Origin: Monocercomonoides exilis PA203
Lineage: Eukaryota; Protista; Preaxostyla
Length of the DNA: 64,000 bases
Direction of reading: 5' to 3'
NCBI GenBank assembly: GCA_001643675.2
Contig: LSRY02000045.1
Location: forward strand, 496,001-560,000
The position numbers and the translations under genes are program-made. Below the pieces are notes generated by a model. The model ran no database searches and had not been told where the DNA came from. It was given only the letters and a program-made list of their open reading frames with translations. Positions 1-12,079 of the stretch are shown here, in pieces; position 1 is the first letter of the stretch; each line of letters begins with the position of its first letter.

Positions 1-1
1 T

Positions 2-1357
2 GGGTCAAATACAACTGGAACAACTAATTCTTATACAGATAGGGCTTCGAATGGAGGGGCGATTAACATGTATGGTTTGTCATCAGGAACACTTTCAGTG
101 AAATTTTGTTCTTTTAATGATTGCTATGCCCATTGGAATGGAGGAGGAATTATGTGTCATACAATTAATTCAATCAAGATTGAGAACAATTCGTTCAATG
201 CATGTACAGCAAAAAATAATGTAGGAGGGGGGATGTATGCTTATTCGATTTCAACATGTGTCAGGATCAGTGGGTGCGAATTCCAGAAATGCAAAGCGAG
301 TGGCTCAGGAGGAGGCCTTTATCTTGCATCTTTTCAGGTTTCTGGATCTTCATGTATTGGAACAGAAAATGGCAAAGGGGAAAGTGCTTGTGTGTTTGAG
401 TGTTTCTTCACTTCGTGCTCGCTTACAGGTTCAAGTGGCGGAGGGTTGTGTTGTGTTACTGTTCCGGCTGCATTCAAAATGAGAAGCCTCCAATTTATTT
501 CGTGCAACGCAACATCAACTGGCGGAGGATTGTATTTTAATCCAAACCAACAAACACCTCCAAGCAACAACATTTATTGCTATTTCTTCTTCTTCCACGA
601 TTGCAGTTGCAACGCTTCCACTCCGTATGGCCACGATGTGTATTTTCAAGACAATTACAATCTCTTTTCGTCATACAACCCGTTCTACGAATCGTACACA
701 ACGAATAACAATGATAAGAGAGTGTGCTATTATTATAATGGTTATCAGCATACAGAAAAGAAGGAATGGTTGAAGGAAGGGATGAAGGATCGGTATGTTG
801 GGGTGAGTGGGAATGACGCAAACAATCTGTGTGGGATGAGTGAGGCAGCGCCTTGCAAGACCGTGGGGCATGCAGTGGAGTCGAGCATGGCGCAGCTGAG
901 CTCGACAATCACGTTGCTGGGTGGGAAGCATGTGAGCGAAGGGGAGACGATCAGTGTTGGGGAAAAGAAGATTTCAGTTGTTGGGAGAGGGAAGACAGTG
1001 AGTGTGATTGGGACGAATTCTCTTTCGACCTCTTCGACAACACTGTTTAGCATATCTTCTGGCCAACTGGAGGTGGGGCATGTGGGGATCGATCACAACT
1101 CGATGAGAAGTCCATCGCCGAGTGTGTTTGTGGTGTCTGTGGGGAGTGGGGCTCTTTCGCTGGAGGATGTTTTGATCGACTCTTCGACGCCAGGAGGGAG
1201 TGGAATGACGAAGTGTGTGTTTGAAGTGGCGCTGAGGCAGCTGAAGACGATTGATGTGGAGATTGAAAACATGAAAGTGAGCCAACTTCTGATTATCGAT
1301 CCATATTTTATTGGATTTGCATTGGGAGAAAATTATTTATTGTTTATTTTATTTTGA
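2..1357 (+). CDS. Beta-helix (pectin lyase-like) Cys/Gly-rich family protein, copy A (5'-partial, frame open from window start)
   Basis: Repeated 'CxFxxCxA...GGG[ILM]Y' rungs, then 'YVGVSGNDANNLCGMSEAAPCKTVGHAV', which resembles the DUF1565/pectate-lyase N-cap motif. Clear paralogue of 8 other copies in the window. Confidence 0.75.
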   Translation, partial: GSNTTGTTNSYTDRASNGGAINMYGLSSGTLSVKFCSFNDCYAHWNGGGIMCHTINSIKIENNSFNACTAKNNVGGGMYAYSISTCVRISGCEFQKCKASGSGGGLYLASFQVSGSSCIGTENGKGESACVFECFFTSCSLTGSSGGGLCCVTVPAAFKMRSLQFISCNATSTGGGLYFNPNQQTPPSNNIYCYFFFFHDCSCNASTPYGHDVYFQDNYNLFSSYNPFYESYTTNNNDKRVCYYYNGYQHTEKKEWLKEGMKDRYVGVSGNDANNLCGMSEAAPCKTVGHAVESSMAQLSSTITLLGGKHVSEGETISVGEKKISVVGRGKTVSVIGTNSLSTSSTTLFSISSGQLEVGHVGIDHNSMRSPSPSVFVVSVGSGALSLEDVLIDSSTPGGSGMTKCVFEVALRQLKTIDVEIENMKVSQLLIIDPYFIGFALGENYLLFILF

Positions 1358-1904
1358 GTTCATGGCACACTGACTGAAGAGAGAGTGAAAATAATTGAAA
1401 TTCTGAGATTAACTTTTTTATTATCTTTTTTGTTGAAATGACAAGCAATAAAGAGTTATTTTTTGTTGAGAGTGCATTTTCTTTACGGAAACGATTATTT
1501 TTTTTATGAATATGATATGTTGATATAAATTTTGTGGATGCATATAAAAACGGAATAAATGAAAAACCCACCAAAATCAATGACAAAATTGTTAATTATG
1601 AATGAATACAAATCTCATTTTTTTTTTTTTACAATATACCAAAAATGATTCTTTTATTGAGCGTTATGTTCCAAAAATTGTTCGACGTCAAGAACATTGC
1701 AACAAAAATCGAAAAAGTTATTATTATTAAGAAAACAGAATTTATCAACAGTTATGATATATCAGACACTTCAGATTGTGAAAAGTGTAAGATTGTTAAA
1801 GATTTATAAATGATCTGCTTTTGTTTTCTGATGATTGTGAATCATGAACACCACAGATAATCTTGTTTCAATGAGTGTTTTATTGTGAAGTGATTGAATA
1901 TATT

Positions 1905-2650
1905 CAAACTCTGAAAAACATATTATTTTCATTCATTTTTTGAAAAGAATAAATTTGAGATAAGTGAAGAAATTGTGTCAAATTGTTTATAGTGAACTGT
2001 ATATTTTTTTTTTCAAAATATTGTTCAAATGGAAATTTGTTCACAAATGGGTGATTGTTTTTGAAATCATAGAAAAGATCTGGGAGTTAATTATTTCCAT
2101 TATTCACTTTTCAATGAAGTTATTTGTATTGAATTGAAATTGACACAAACAATGGTGATGAACAATAAATGTGATGTTATCTCCTTTCAGAGAGTTGATA
2201 AATGTCATTTTCCAAAAATCATTAAAAATCTGAATTGATTGACAGAACGTGTCTGATCTCTGAAAATTATTTAATTTGAGGTTATTCTATTTTTTGAGAT
2301 CAGACACGTTCTGTCAATCAATTCAGATTTTTAATGATTTTTGGAAAATGACATTTATCAACTCTCTGAAAGGAGATAACATCACATTTATTGTTCATCA
2401 CCATTGTTTGTGTCAATTTCAATTCAATACAAATAACTTCATTGAAAAGTGAATAATGGAAATAATTAACTCCCAGATCTTTTCTATGATTTCAAAAACA
2501 ATCACCCATTTGTGAACAAATTTCCATTTGAACAATATTTTGAAAAAAAAAATATACAGTTCACTATAAACAATTTGACACAATTTCTTCACTTATCTCA
2601 AATTTATTCTTTTCAAAAAATGAATGAAAATAATATGTTTTTCAGAGTTT
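1905..2650. repeat. Palindrome P1 core: near-perfect inverted arms (~1905-2260 and 2296-2650) around a 35-bp spacer (2261-2295); diverged inverted homology continues outward through copies A and B
   Basis: ...gacagaacgtgtctgatctc(2260) pairs with (2296)gagatcagacacgttctgtc...; mirror positions sum to ~4556. Confidence 0.95.
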
Positions 2651-3204
2651 GAATAATATTCAATAACTTCACAATAATTTACTCATTGAAACAAAATTAT
2701 CTGTGGTGTTCATGATTCACAATCATCAGAAAACAGAAGCAGCTCATTTAAAAATCTTTAACAATTTTATTATCATCGCAACCAAAAGTGACTGATAAAT
2801 CAGGATTATTGATAAATTCTGTTTTCTTAATAATAATAATTTTTTTGATTTTTGTTGCAATGTTCTTGACGTCGGACAATTTTTGGAACATAATGCTCGA
2901 AAAAAATATCATTTTTTGGAATATTTTCTTCAAAAAATCAGATATTTGAATTCATTCATAATTTATGGTTAAATCATTGTTTTTTAGTTGTATTTTTTCA
3001 TTTATTCCGCTTTTACATGCCTCTATTAAATATTTATCAACAAATCATTTTCATAAAAAAATATTTATTTTCTGCCGTTAAACACATGCACTCTCAATGC
3101 AAAATAACTCTTTATCGCTTGTCATTTCAACAAAAAAGATAATAAAAAAGTTAATCTCAGAATTTCTATTTTTTTTCTCTCTCTTCAGTCAGTGTGTTGT
3201 GCAG

Positions 3205-5160
3205 TCAAAACAAAGCAAACAATAACCAATTTTCTGCTAATACTGATCCTGTTGATGATGGTTTGGCAAATAGTGGTTGACTCATTTTCATGTTTTCTAT
3301 CTCCACATCAATCGTCTTCAGCTGATTCAGCGCAACATCTAACACAGATGACGAGATTCCACTCCCTCCTGATGTGGAAGAATTAATCACCACATCCTCC
3401 AGCAAAAGAGTCCCGCTCCTCAGTGACACCACAAACACACTCGGCGATGGACTTCTCATCGAGTTGTGGTCGATCCCAACATGCCCCACCTCCAGTTGGC
3501 CAGAAGATATGCTGAACAGTGTTGACGAAGAGGTCGAAAGCGCACTTGTTCCAATCACACTCACTGCCTTCCCTCTCCCCAAAACAGAAATCTTCTTATC
3601 CCCAACACTGATTGTCTTCTCTTCGCTCACATGCCTCCCACCCAGCAACGTGATTGTCGAGCTCATCTGCGCCATGCTCGACCCCACTGCATGCCCCACT
3701 GTCTTGCACGGCGCAGACTCACTCATCCCACACAGATTGCTCGAATCATTCCCACCCACCCCAACATATCTATCTTTCATCCCCTCCTTCAACCATTCCT
3801 TCTTTTCTGTATGCAGATATGTCCAACTGCCTGAATAATATCTATGGCACACTCTCGTATCATTTGTATTCGTTGTATACGATTCATAGAACGGATTGTT
3901 CGATGAGAAGAGATTGTAATAATCTTCCAAATACACATCGTGGCCATATGGAGTGGAAGTGGTTGTGCATCTGCAATCGTGGAAGAAGAAGAAATAGCAA
4001 TATTGATTGTAACTTGGGGCTGTTGATTGATATGGCCTGAAATCCAATCCTCCGCCATATGAATATGCCGAGCACGAAATAAATTGGAGGCTCCTCATCT
4101 TGGATGCAGCCGGAACATTTTGACAAAACATCCCTCCGCCACAATTACTTGTAAGCGAGCACGAAGTGAAAAAACATTCAAACACACAAGCACTCTCTCC
4201 TTTCCCATTTTCTGTTCCAATACAGCCAGAACTAGAAACCTGAAAAGTATATAGAAAAAGTCCTCCTCCATTACTATATGCCTTACAGTTCTGGAACTCG
4301 CACCCACTGATCCTGACACATGACGAAATTGATAGAGCATATATCCCTCCTCCAGCACTATTTTTTGCAGTACATGCATTGAACGAATTGTTCTCGATCT
4401 TGATGGAATTTATTGAAACGCAAAAAATTCCTCCACCATAAGCATATGCATAACAATCATTGAACGAACAAAATTTCACTGAAAGTGTCCCAGCTGCCAG
4501 ATTATACATATTAATGGCCCCTCCACTTGATATTCCATCTGTAACTGAATTGCTTGTCCCTGTTGTATTTGACCCATTCCACACACACCAAGTGAACGAA
4601 TTTGCCCCATTGTCTGTCTGATTCTGTCTCGCTTGTTTCGATGGATTCCCTTCACTCCCGCTGACTGCAACATTCTGAGACCGATAGCACCTGACAAACG
4701 AGGTGTTCGAGACAGCCAAAGACGATGAAGGGCTGTTGAGCGAGGGGACAATGCCCCCATCATACACATCCCACACTGATGAAAATGAGCATCCACTCAT
4801 CAGAAACACTCTTTGGCTCAGCCCTTCACCCAGATGTGTTGTTTTCTGTGGATTTGTCGAGATGTTGAAGAAGGTCAGCTGCGTGAGAGATACAAGGGGT
4901 GTCAAGGGAGGCGCCAGAAACGGGGCTGATGAAACACAAAAAGATGAGAAATCCGACTCACTCACCAATACACTCCCTTCTTCTTCACTTTCTTCTTCTT
5001 TTCCTTTTCCTCTTCCTTCTCCACCTCTTCTTCCTCCACCTCCTCCTTGTCCTCCTCTCTCTCCTCCTTCACCTCTTCCGCTTCCTCTTCCCCATCCTCC
5101 TCTTCCTCCTCCACCTTCTCTCTCGCTCCTCGTCTGCCCCATCCTCTCATTCTCTCCCAA
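3205..5160 (-). CDS. Beta-helix family protein, copy B (651-aa ORF; true 5' end uncertain, upstream exon appears disrupted)
   Basis: Same scaffold as copy A, with a G/R/E-rich N-terminal linker followed by 'VLVSESDFSSFCVSSAPFLAPPL'. Convergent with copy A. Confidence 0.75.
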   Translation of the reverse strand: MGENERMGQTRSEREGGGGRGGWGRGSGRGEGGERGGQGGGGGRRGGEGRGKGKEEESEEEGSVLVSESDFSSFCVSSAPFLAPPLTPLVSLTQLTFFNISTNPQKTTHLGEGLSQRVFLMSGCSFSSVWDVYDGGIVPSLNSPSSSLAVSNTSFVRCYRSQNVAVSGSEGNPSKQARQNQTDNGANSFTWCVWNGSNTTGTSNSVTDGISSGGAINMYNLAAGTLSVKFCSFNDCYAYAYGGGIFCVSINSIKIENNSFNACTAKNSAGGGIYALSISSCVRISGCEFQNCKAYSNGGGLFLYTFQVSSSGCIGTENGKGESACVFECFFTSCSLTSNCGGGMFCQNVPAASKMRSLQFISCSAYSYGGGLDFRPYQSTAPSYNQYCYFFFFHDCRCTTTSTPYGHDVYLEDYYNLFSSNNPFYESYTTNTNDTRVCHRYYSGSWTYLHTEKKEWLKEGMKDRYVGVGGNDSSNLCGMSESAPCKTVGHAVGSSMAQMSSTITLLGGRHVSEEKTISVGDKKISVLGRGKAVSVIGTSALSTSSSTLFSISSGQLEVGHVGIDHNSMRSPSPSVFVVSLRSGTLLLEDVVINSSTSGGSGISSSVLDVALNQLKTIDVEIENMKMSQPLFAKPSSTGSVLAENWLLFALF

Positions 5161-6179
5161 TCCCTCTCAATAAAATATTTCTTATAACCCCAAATTATTC
5201 TACATCCATTTTCTTGTCTCTTTCTGATGCTCATAAAAGGAATCTTATAAATGATGTAAAAGAACCTTCGCTGTCAATGCCTTTTTATAATGATGATCCA
5301 ATAAAGCTCTTTCCCAAGCTGATCTCTCCGATCCCACTTCACTTTCTGTCGTTTGATGTAATTTCACTCCCTTGAAGTTTTACGAAAACGCCAGCAAAAA
5401 CAATTTTGTTCAAACAAATAAAAAGAAAAAATAATAAATCATATTAAAAATAGGTCAAATAATATCACCAATAAAAATGTCATACCTTTGTTTTCCTTTT
5501 CTCTTGCCAACTTTTCTCAAAGAATCATCGCATTCCTTGTCTCCTCATCGTTTTCATTATCTCCAACAAAAACAAAACACATTGCACCTCCATCCATAAA
5601 GATGTTCCTTTTGGTACTGTCCTTGAGGATATTCCCTTCTCCTTTTTTGAATAATTCTTTGTTGAACTGACTTTCCTCTATTTTTCTCCAAAATCTCTTT
5701 TCTCTTTCTTCTTCTTCATGCCCTCCCTCATTTCATATTACCATTTCATTTCCTTCTTTTGGCTCTTCTTCGAATGTTCCAAAAAATTCATTCTTCTAAT
5801 TCCTCTTCTTTCCTTTCTTCTTTCCTTATTTCCCTTTTATCATTCATTTTCAATCACTTTTCTTTTAAATATCTTCTTTTTCTTCTAAGTTTTTTGTCAA
5901 TTTTTTTCTTCTGCCGCATCATCAACATTTGTTTCCCTCGTTTTTGCTTCTAACATGATTCACCAGATACGCCTTCCAAAACCATCAAAGACCTCCTCCT
6001 CTATTCGCTTCAATTTTTGCTCCTTCCCATTCCACCAAACACTCTCCAATTATTATCTCCAGGTTTCTTAAAGGCGCCAAATATGCTTTTCCCCCATATT
6101 CCATGTTCATTCATCGACATCGAACACTCGTTAAAAAAAATCCTAGTTTCATAATATATATATATATATATATATGATA

Positions 6180-8240
6180 AAATACAGTAATAAAAAAGCA
6201 AACCTATGACTTTTATACGAATAATCTTTGCAAACTTTCTTCTCCTCCAAATATCGTTCCTTTCTACCAACAAAACCCATCTGTCCCTTCTTCGTTTCCT
6301 TTCTGCCCTCAAAAATCGTTTATTTACAATCCTTGGTCCTGCTTCCACTCAAATAACTCAGCCAGCTCCATTCTTTTAAAAAAACTAGCAATGAAGAAGA
6401 TTTCATCAGAAGAGCCCCTTTCCATCCCTTTCTTCTGCATCACCTTCTTCTTCTCCACATTTCTCCAAAAACAACATCAACACCCCTCCGCCACACATCC
6501 TCCATCTCTTCCACTTCATTCCCCAACATCCTTTTCCCAATCAAAAATATAAATACCTCCAATATTTTGCCTCTCTTTGGTGCAAGACACCCTTTCGTGG
6601 TCAGCCCCTCATCTTCCTCTGTCTCCATACCCCCAATGCAAAGTGCTGCGCCTGACGTTCCTTCTTCCTGTCTTCCTCCACCTCGGCCTCCATCCCTTGC
6701 CCTGCAAATGAGAGGCGCGTCCAAACGGTTCACAAAATAAATTATATAAGAATATGAAAAAAATTTTTCTTCACTTTTTTTTCTTCAACCCCACTTCTCT
6801 TTCTTATCAAACATACATCAGCAAAAATTCTCCCTCTTGCTCCGCTTCATATGAACCCTCCTCTTCCTGCATTTGAAAAAAAAACATTTTCTCCCCATTT
6901 CTTCTCCATATCTCTCCATCTCTCATCTTCCCCTCCAATAAATATATTCCATTCACTCCACCCATCTTCCACCCCTCTGTTCCTCCTCTTCCTTTTCCCT
7001 CCAACAAATTCCATTTCTCCAACAAATAACACGACCTCCACACCTTCCAACTCACAAAAATCGAAAAAACAACCCCTCCAAACCTCATCCCAATCCATCC
7101 CCCGCACATCCATTTTGCCTCTTAAATCTCATAAAAACACCTCTTTCTCCCCCAAAAAATCATCCTTTTATCGTTCCATTCCCCCTCCAAAACCATGTTT
7201 ATTCTCAATGCATAAATCCATCACCCCATTCCATAAATCTATCCTGTTGCAATCGCGTTGTCTTCATATGCCCATTTAGCCACGGTGCATCGAGTTGTGC
7301 TCCTTTTCTTTTGTGGCTCCAATCTGTTATGGAAAATGATCAAGAAATGTCAAATGCTCAAGAACTGCCAGCGGAATGAGAAGTCAAGATGCAAACATTC
7401 CGGCTGGAATAAATGAAATATTTCTAGTGATGAAAAAGCAGCAGCAACAGCAACTCTTTTTTTTTATTGGAAGCTGGAGTTGTTCGTTTAGATTGATGGA
7501 ATGCTGTCAAGCCACGATATTTTCAATGTGAATGTGAAATTTTTAATGTGTGTATTTTTTATTGTTCTGTTGATTGTGAAGATATTTCCATCCGTATCCT
7601 CTCCAAAGTCGTGATTCAGACAAATTATATAAAATGGACGATTTATTCTTTGCAGAATGGGAAAAGCAAGTCAGACATTTCCTTACAAGCATGTTAGAGC
7701 CTGAATGTATTTTATCATAAGTATTTATGCAACTTTTTTTGGACAACATGCGCGATGGATAGAAATTCGATGAAAAACGAATATTGATGGAGTGGATATT
7801 AACGGGGTTGGAAGATGTCCAAGGCTAAAAGGAACAATATCCAATTTCTATGAAAAGGGAGTTTTTTTAAAAGATGGGGTGACATTTACAAAAATATTTT
7901 GTTGGAAAGATTGGGGCAGATGACAGAAACAGGTACATTGGAGGCAGTTGGGACAGAGCAAGGTGCCTTTCTTGAGATGGAAAAGGCAAGACATTGATTT
8001 TACGCGCTGAGGAGAGGGGTAGAATGGCACTTGATTGCTTGGCTTGAGAGGCGAAAATGCGAGAAAATCAGGCAGTTTGGCGTGATGCAAGCAGCTTGGG
8101 GTAGATAACAAACAAAAATGGATTTAATTTATTTGACCCTTGCCTTTTGCATTGCGTCATTGAAGGATTTGCAGCTGGAGCAGAGAACGAGGTTGTTATG
8201 TTGAGGATATCTTCCAACAGAAAATATTGTTCATATGAAA
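6180..8240 (-). repeat. Shared ~2-kb 5'-flank cassette of the family (copy B version)
   Basis: Homologous to 20110-22330, 28415-30635 and in part 57960-59200, e.g. 'caaagtgctgcgcc', 'tccgtatcctctccaaagtcgtgattcagac', 'gaaggatttgcagctggagcagagaacgaggttgttatgttgagga'. Confidence 0.85.
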
Positions 8241-8918
8241 TTTCCATATGGTACGAAATATTTTGTCTTATGAATTTTGTTCCATTCTGCTCTTACAAAT
8301 ATTTTCCTCAATTTAAGAATTTTTCTGTATTTTTTTAACATGGTAATGAAAGACTTGTAATTATAAGGTTAGAGAAAAAGTTTGGAACAAATCGTTGTTT
8401 TTTTCATAAATGAAAAAATATTTCCCCATATTATCTCCGTTTTCAATCACGCCTTTATCATCATTTTATTTTTTTATTTATCTTTTTCTTCTTTGCTTTC
8501 TTCCTCATTTTTCTATTCTTCGTCTTCTATATTTTCAGGAAATAAATTGAATAAGCTTTTTCATTTAAGCAAACTTTAAACAAAGTTGATTTTTCATTTC
8601 ATTTTATTTTTTTCGTATTGAAAAATGGAAAATGGATATTTCTTTAAAAGAACAAATTATTCAAAAATGCAAAATTTGATGCAAACGTTATATCACATTA
8701 TTTTTTTTTAACAAATTCATTTGAAAACAAATGGGATAGAATTCTTTCATTTATGAAAATTTTTAAAATTTGTTCCAAACTTTTTCTGCTATCGTATAAT
8801 AATAATTCTGATATTGCAATAAAAATATATAAGAATTAAAAAAAATAAAATAAAAACAAATTAGAGATCATTTAACAATAAGATTGGAATAAATATAACA
8901 TTTTGACGAATGAAGAAA

Positions 8919-11609
8919 TCACAACGGAGGCGGAGGAAACGGGTTTTTAAAGTGTTTTTCGTCTTTCTTTCTCAGTTTTCTCAGCAGGTTCATTTGCTGC
9001 TGGAGTGAAGGAAGAATTGGAAGAGGAAGAAGTGGTTCATCATCTGCCTTCTGTTGCCTTTCTGACACAAAAGGAAGGTCATTCAAATGCAAATCTGTTG
9101 GATTCTCTTTCAGAACAGGATCAAATAATTCATCAGAACTTGAAATTTCACGACAAAATTCTGAAGCAGGGAGTGTATTTGCCAAAGAAGACAAACAATT
9201 TCTCTTCTCAATTGGTTCATTTGGAAGAGAAAGCAAAGGAGGCAAGCGTGTGCTGCTTTCAGAGCTGAAAGAAGGTTCATTTTGACTGAAAACGGAGTTT
9301 GTGTTAATTTGATCGGGAAAGAAATTTGAGGGAAAAGAGGGGAATGGATGTTGAGAAGAGAAGGGAAGAGGGGAATGGATGGTGGAATTGGAGTTATTCA
9401 AGAATGGATGCATATCGCATTCATCAGAAGGGAAAGAAGAAGAAGAAGAAGAAGAAAGTGAGAGAGGAGAAGAAGAAGAAAATGAAGATGATGATGGTGG
9501 TGGCAATGAAGAAGAAGAAGAAAGAGAAGAAGAAGAAGAAGAAGAATTTGAAAAAGAAGAAAAAGAAGGCGGCGGAGGAGGCGGGGGCAAAACAAATGGA
9601 GTTGAATAGCCACATTGAAATTTTGGATTCTGAAGCAGAAGAGGGTTCTCTATATGCTCAGAAATAGCTGGGTTGCTCAGCATTGTTGGGTTGCACCATT
9701 TCTCTGTCTCTTCGTCACATTGACAATATTCCGTGAAAAACGTGCGTTTATTCTCTGCTAATAGCTTCGCCTTCTTCTCTTCTTCTTCTTCTTCTTCTTC
9801 TTCTTCTTCTTCTTCATTGATTCTGTCTTTCGTGGTTTGTTGTGCAAATCCTTTTGGAATAAAAACATTTGCTTCCATTTTGTCTGGTTTTGTCTGGTTT
9901 TTCTTTGCTTGATCATCTTTCTTACTGTTTTCTTCGAATTCTCTTTCTATTTTTATATCTTTTTGCCTCATTATTTCCAATTGCTTTTCCATTTCTTCAA
10001 TAAAACTCACTTTCCCATCAAAATCTTCTTTTCTTTCATCGCTCCATTTTCTTGATTCTTCTGCTATCTTCCAAAATTCCTCGTTTGCTTTGTCTTTCTT
10101 CTTATTCTTATTCTTCTTCCTATTCTTTTTCTTCTTCTTTTCCTCTTTTTCTTCTTTTTCTTCTTTCTCTTTCTCTTTCATACAATCAAATTCTCTTCCT
10201 TCTTCATCTTCTTCTTCTTCTTCCTTTTCATCTTCACTTTCAAATCGCATTTCTTCAAAAAGCAATCCGTTCACCTTCAAAAGTCTTTCCATTTCTTCCT
10301 TCCTTTTCCTCTCTTGTTTCTTCCTCCTCTTCTTCTCTTTCTCTTCTTCTTTCTCCAGTTGCCTTATCATCTTTTCGATTTCTTTCTCATCTTCATCATC
10401 TTCATCTTCATCTTCCTCCTTCCTCTTCCTCCTCTCCTCCACCTCCCTCTTCCTCCTCCACACCTCCTCCCACCTTTCTTCTCTCCTCTTCTCCTTCTCC
10501 TCTCTCTCTCTATCTTCCCTCACCCACCTCCTCCTCATCTTCTCCTTCTCCACCACAATTCTGTCGCTTTCTGCATATCCATTCCTCTCCACCTCCACAT
10601 CAACAGCCACTCGCCCTGCCTTCACTGAAGGTGGAACCCACCCCGCTGCCATCCACACAAGATCGTTGTCTTCTTCTTCTTCTTCTTCTATTTCTTCTTT
10701 CTCTTCGTCCTTTTCTTTTTCCTTCGCTTCTTCTTTGTCTTCTTCTTTTTGATATTCTTTCTCTTTCTCTTTCATTTTCTCTTTCTCTATTGCTTTTTCT
10801 TCACCTTCACTTTCACTTTCACTTTCATCCTCATTGAAAGAAATAGAATTCACCAAAGACTTTTCCATCTTCCTCCCAATTTTTTCTTCTCTCTTTGAAA
10901 AGTGTGAATAAGCTGATGAATAATCCAATTTCTTGTTTTTTAAACCCTCTCTGCTTTTTTTCCCTTTTTTGTAATTTTTCTCATATTTCTGTGCAAATTT
11001 CTCATTCCCTTGTATTTCCTGTGTGTCTGCCTCTTGTTTTTCTTTGGCGCTTTGCTTCAGCTTTTTCACTGCTTCCCGAAGATAGCCATATCCCAAACAT
11101 TTCCTTTCTTTCTGTTCTTCCGTCTTTTCTGCTTCTTCCAATCTACGCGATCCTTCATCTTCCTTCCATTTTTCTTTAACAGTGCAACTTTCTTTTGTTG
11201 CAGCGACCTCATTTCGCAAGATAAGTGGAAAGAAATCGCTTCCTTTCTTTTTGAAGGAATCATTTTCTGTGTGAGTAACACTAAAACCATCACGCAAAAG
11301 TGACGCAGATGAAGATGTAAATGATGACGTGGGAATCCGGCTTGATTCAAAGGGCTTTATTATTTCGAAACTCCTTTTTTTCTCACTAGGTTCAATAATA
11401 ATTTCATTGCTTGATTCACAAATATTACAATCCTCTTGCACCAAATTTCCAAATATTCGGAAAAAATTACCGCTTTGCTCTGTCACTGTTTCATATATTG
11501 AGTAGGCACCACTTTCAGAGTTAAGAACACTTTTTTCTGAAAAATATTCAGAATCTAAAATATTGTTTTTTTGAATCAATAAAATTAATATCATTTCAAA
11601 GGAGTTCAA
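8919..11609 (-). CDS. Hypothetical acidic low-complexity (poly-E/K, poly-S/P) protein; start uncertain
   Basis: 896-codon open frame with charged coiled-coil-like tracts; no domain recognised. Confidence 0.6.
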   Translation of the reverse strand: MNSFEMILILLIQKNNILDSEYFSEKSVLNSESGAYSIYETVTEQSGNFFRIFGNLVQEDCNICESSNEIIIEPSEKKRSFEIIKPFESSRIPTSSFTSSSASLLRDGFSVTHTENDSFKKKGSDFFPLILRNEVAATKESCTVKEKWKEDEGSRRLEEAEKTEEQKERKCLGYGYLREAVKKLKQSAKEKQEADTQEIQGNEKFAQKYEKNYKKGKKSREGLKNKKLDYSSAYSHFSKREEKIGRKMEKSLVNSISFNEDESESESEGEEKAIEKEKMKEKEKEYQKEEDKEEAKEKEKDEEKEEIEEEEEEDNDLVWMAAGWVPPSVKAGRVAVDVEVERNGYAESDRIVVEKEKMRRRWVREDREREEKEKRREERWEEVWRRKREVEERRKRKEEDEDEDDEDEKEIEKMIRQLEKEEEKEKKRRKKQERKRKEEMERLLKVNGLLFEEMRFESEDEKEEEEEDEEGREFDCMKEKEKEEKEEKEEKKKKKNRKKNKNKKKDKANEEFWKIAEESRKWSDERKEDFDGKVSFIEEMEKQLEIMRQKDIKIEREFEENSKKDDQAKKNQTKPDKMEANVFIPKGFAQQTTKDRINEEEEEEEEEEEEEKKAKLLAENKRTFFTEYCQCDEETEKWCNPTMLSNPAISEHIENPLLLQNPKFQCGYSTPFVLPPPPPPPSFSSFSNSSSSSSSLSSSSSLPPPSSSSFSSSSPLSLSSSSSSSFPSDECDMHPFLNNSNSTIHSPLPFSSQHPFPSFPSNFFPDQINTNSVFSQNEPSFSSESSTRLPPLLSLPNEPIEKRNCLSSLANTLPASEFCREISSSDELFDPVLKENPTDLHLNDLPFVSERQQKADDEPLLPLPILPSLQQQMNLLRKLRKKDEKHFKNPFPPPPL

Positions 11610-12079
11610 AGCAAATTAGTTTAATTTTGAAACAATCAAATTTTATTTTTTATTTAAAATTTCGCTTTATATTGTCAAAGATCTAATAAAGAGTTTCAAA
11701 CCTATTTGGTTTGCAAGCATCAAAGCAGGTGATTTCTAAAAACAACTTAATAATTCAAGTGTGCTGTTAAGTATCAATCCTTTTGAAATGCTTCTTCTAA
11801 GTGCTCAACAGTTGTCTTTGCAAAAACTTTTGACGCAGCTTTTCTTAAAAAAGAATTCATTTTCGAAAATTTTCCAAAAAATTTTTAAAAAAGTCATATT
11901 TATCAAGTTTAAAATCCAACATATTTAATAAAATTTGAATAAGAACCAACTTAAACAGTGCCTAAAGAATTTCTCTTTAAATAAAACTAAAAAACAGCAA
12001 ATAATTTTCTTCGGGTATTATTATGGTTTAATAGACTACAATATGGTATTGATCAACATCGTTTGGTACTTGTTTAAAG

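Noticed and set aside
1640-2940. Protein-coding gene in the 3' flank or palindrome centre (e.g. 'YDFKNNHPFVNKF')
   Set aside because: Frames are short, interrupted and not conserved as ORFs between homologous flanks; an ancient decayed gene cannot be excluded.
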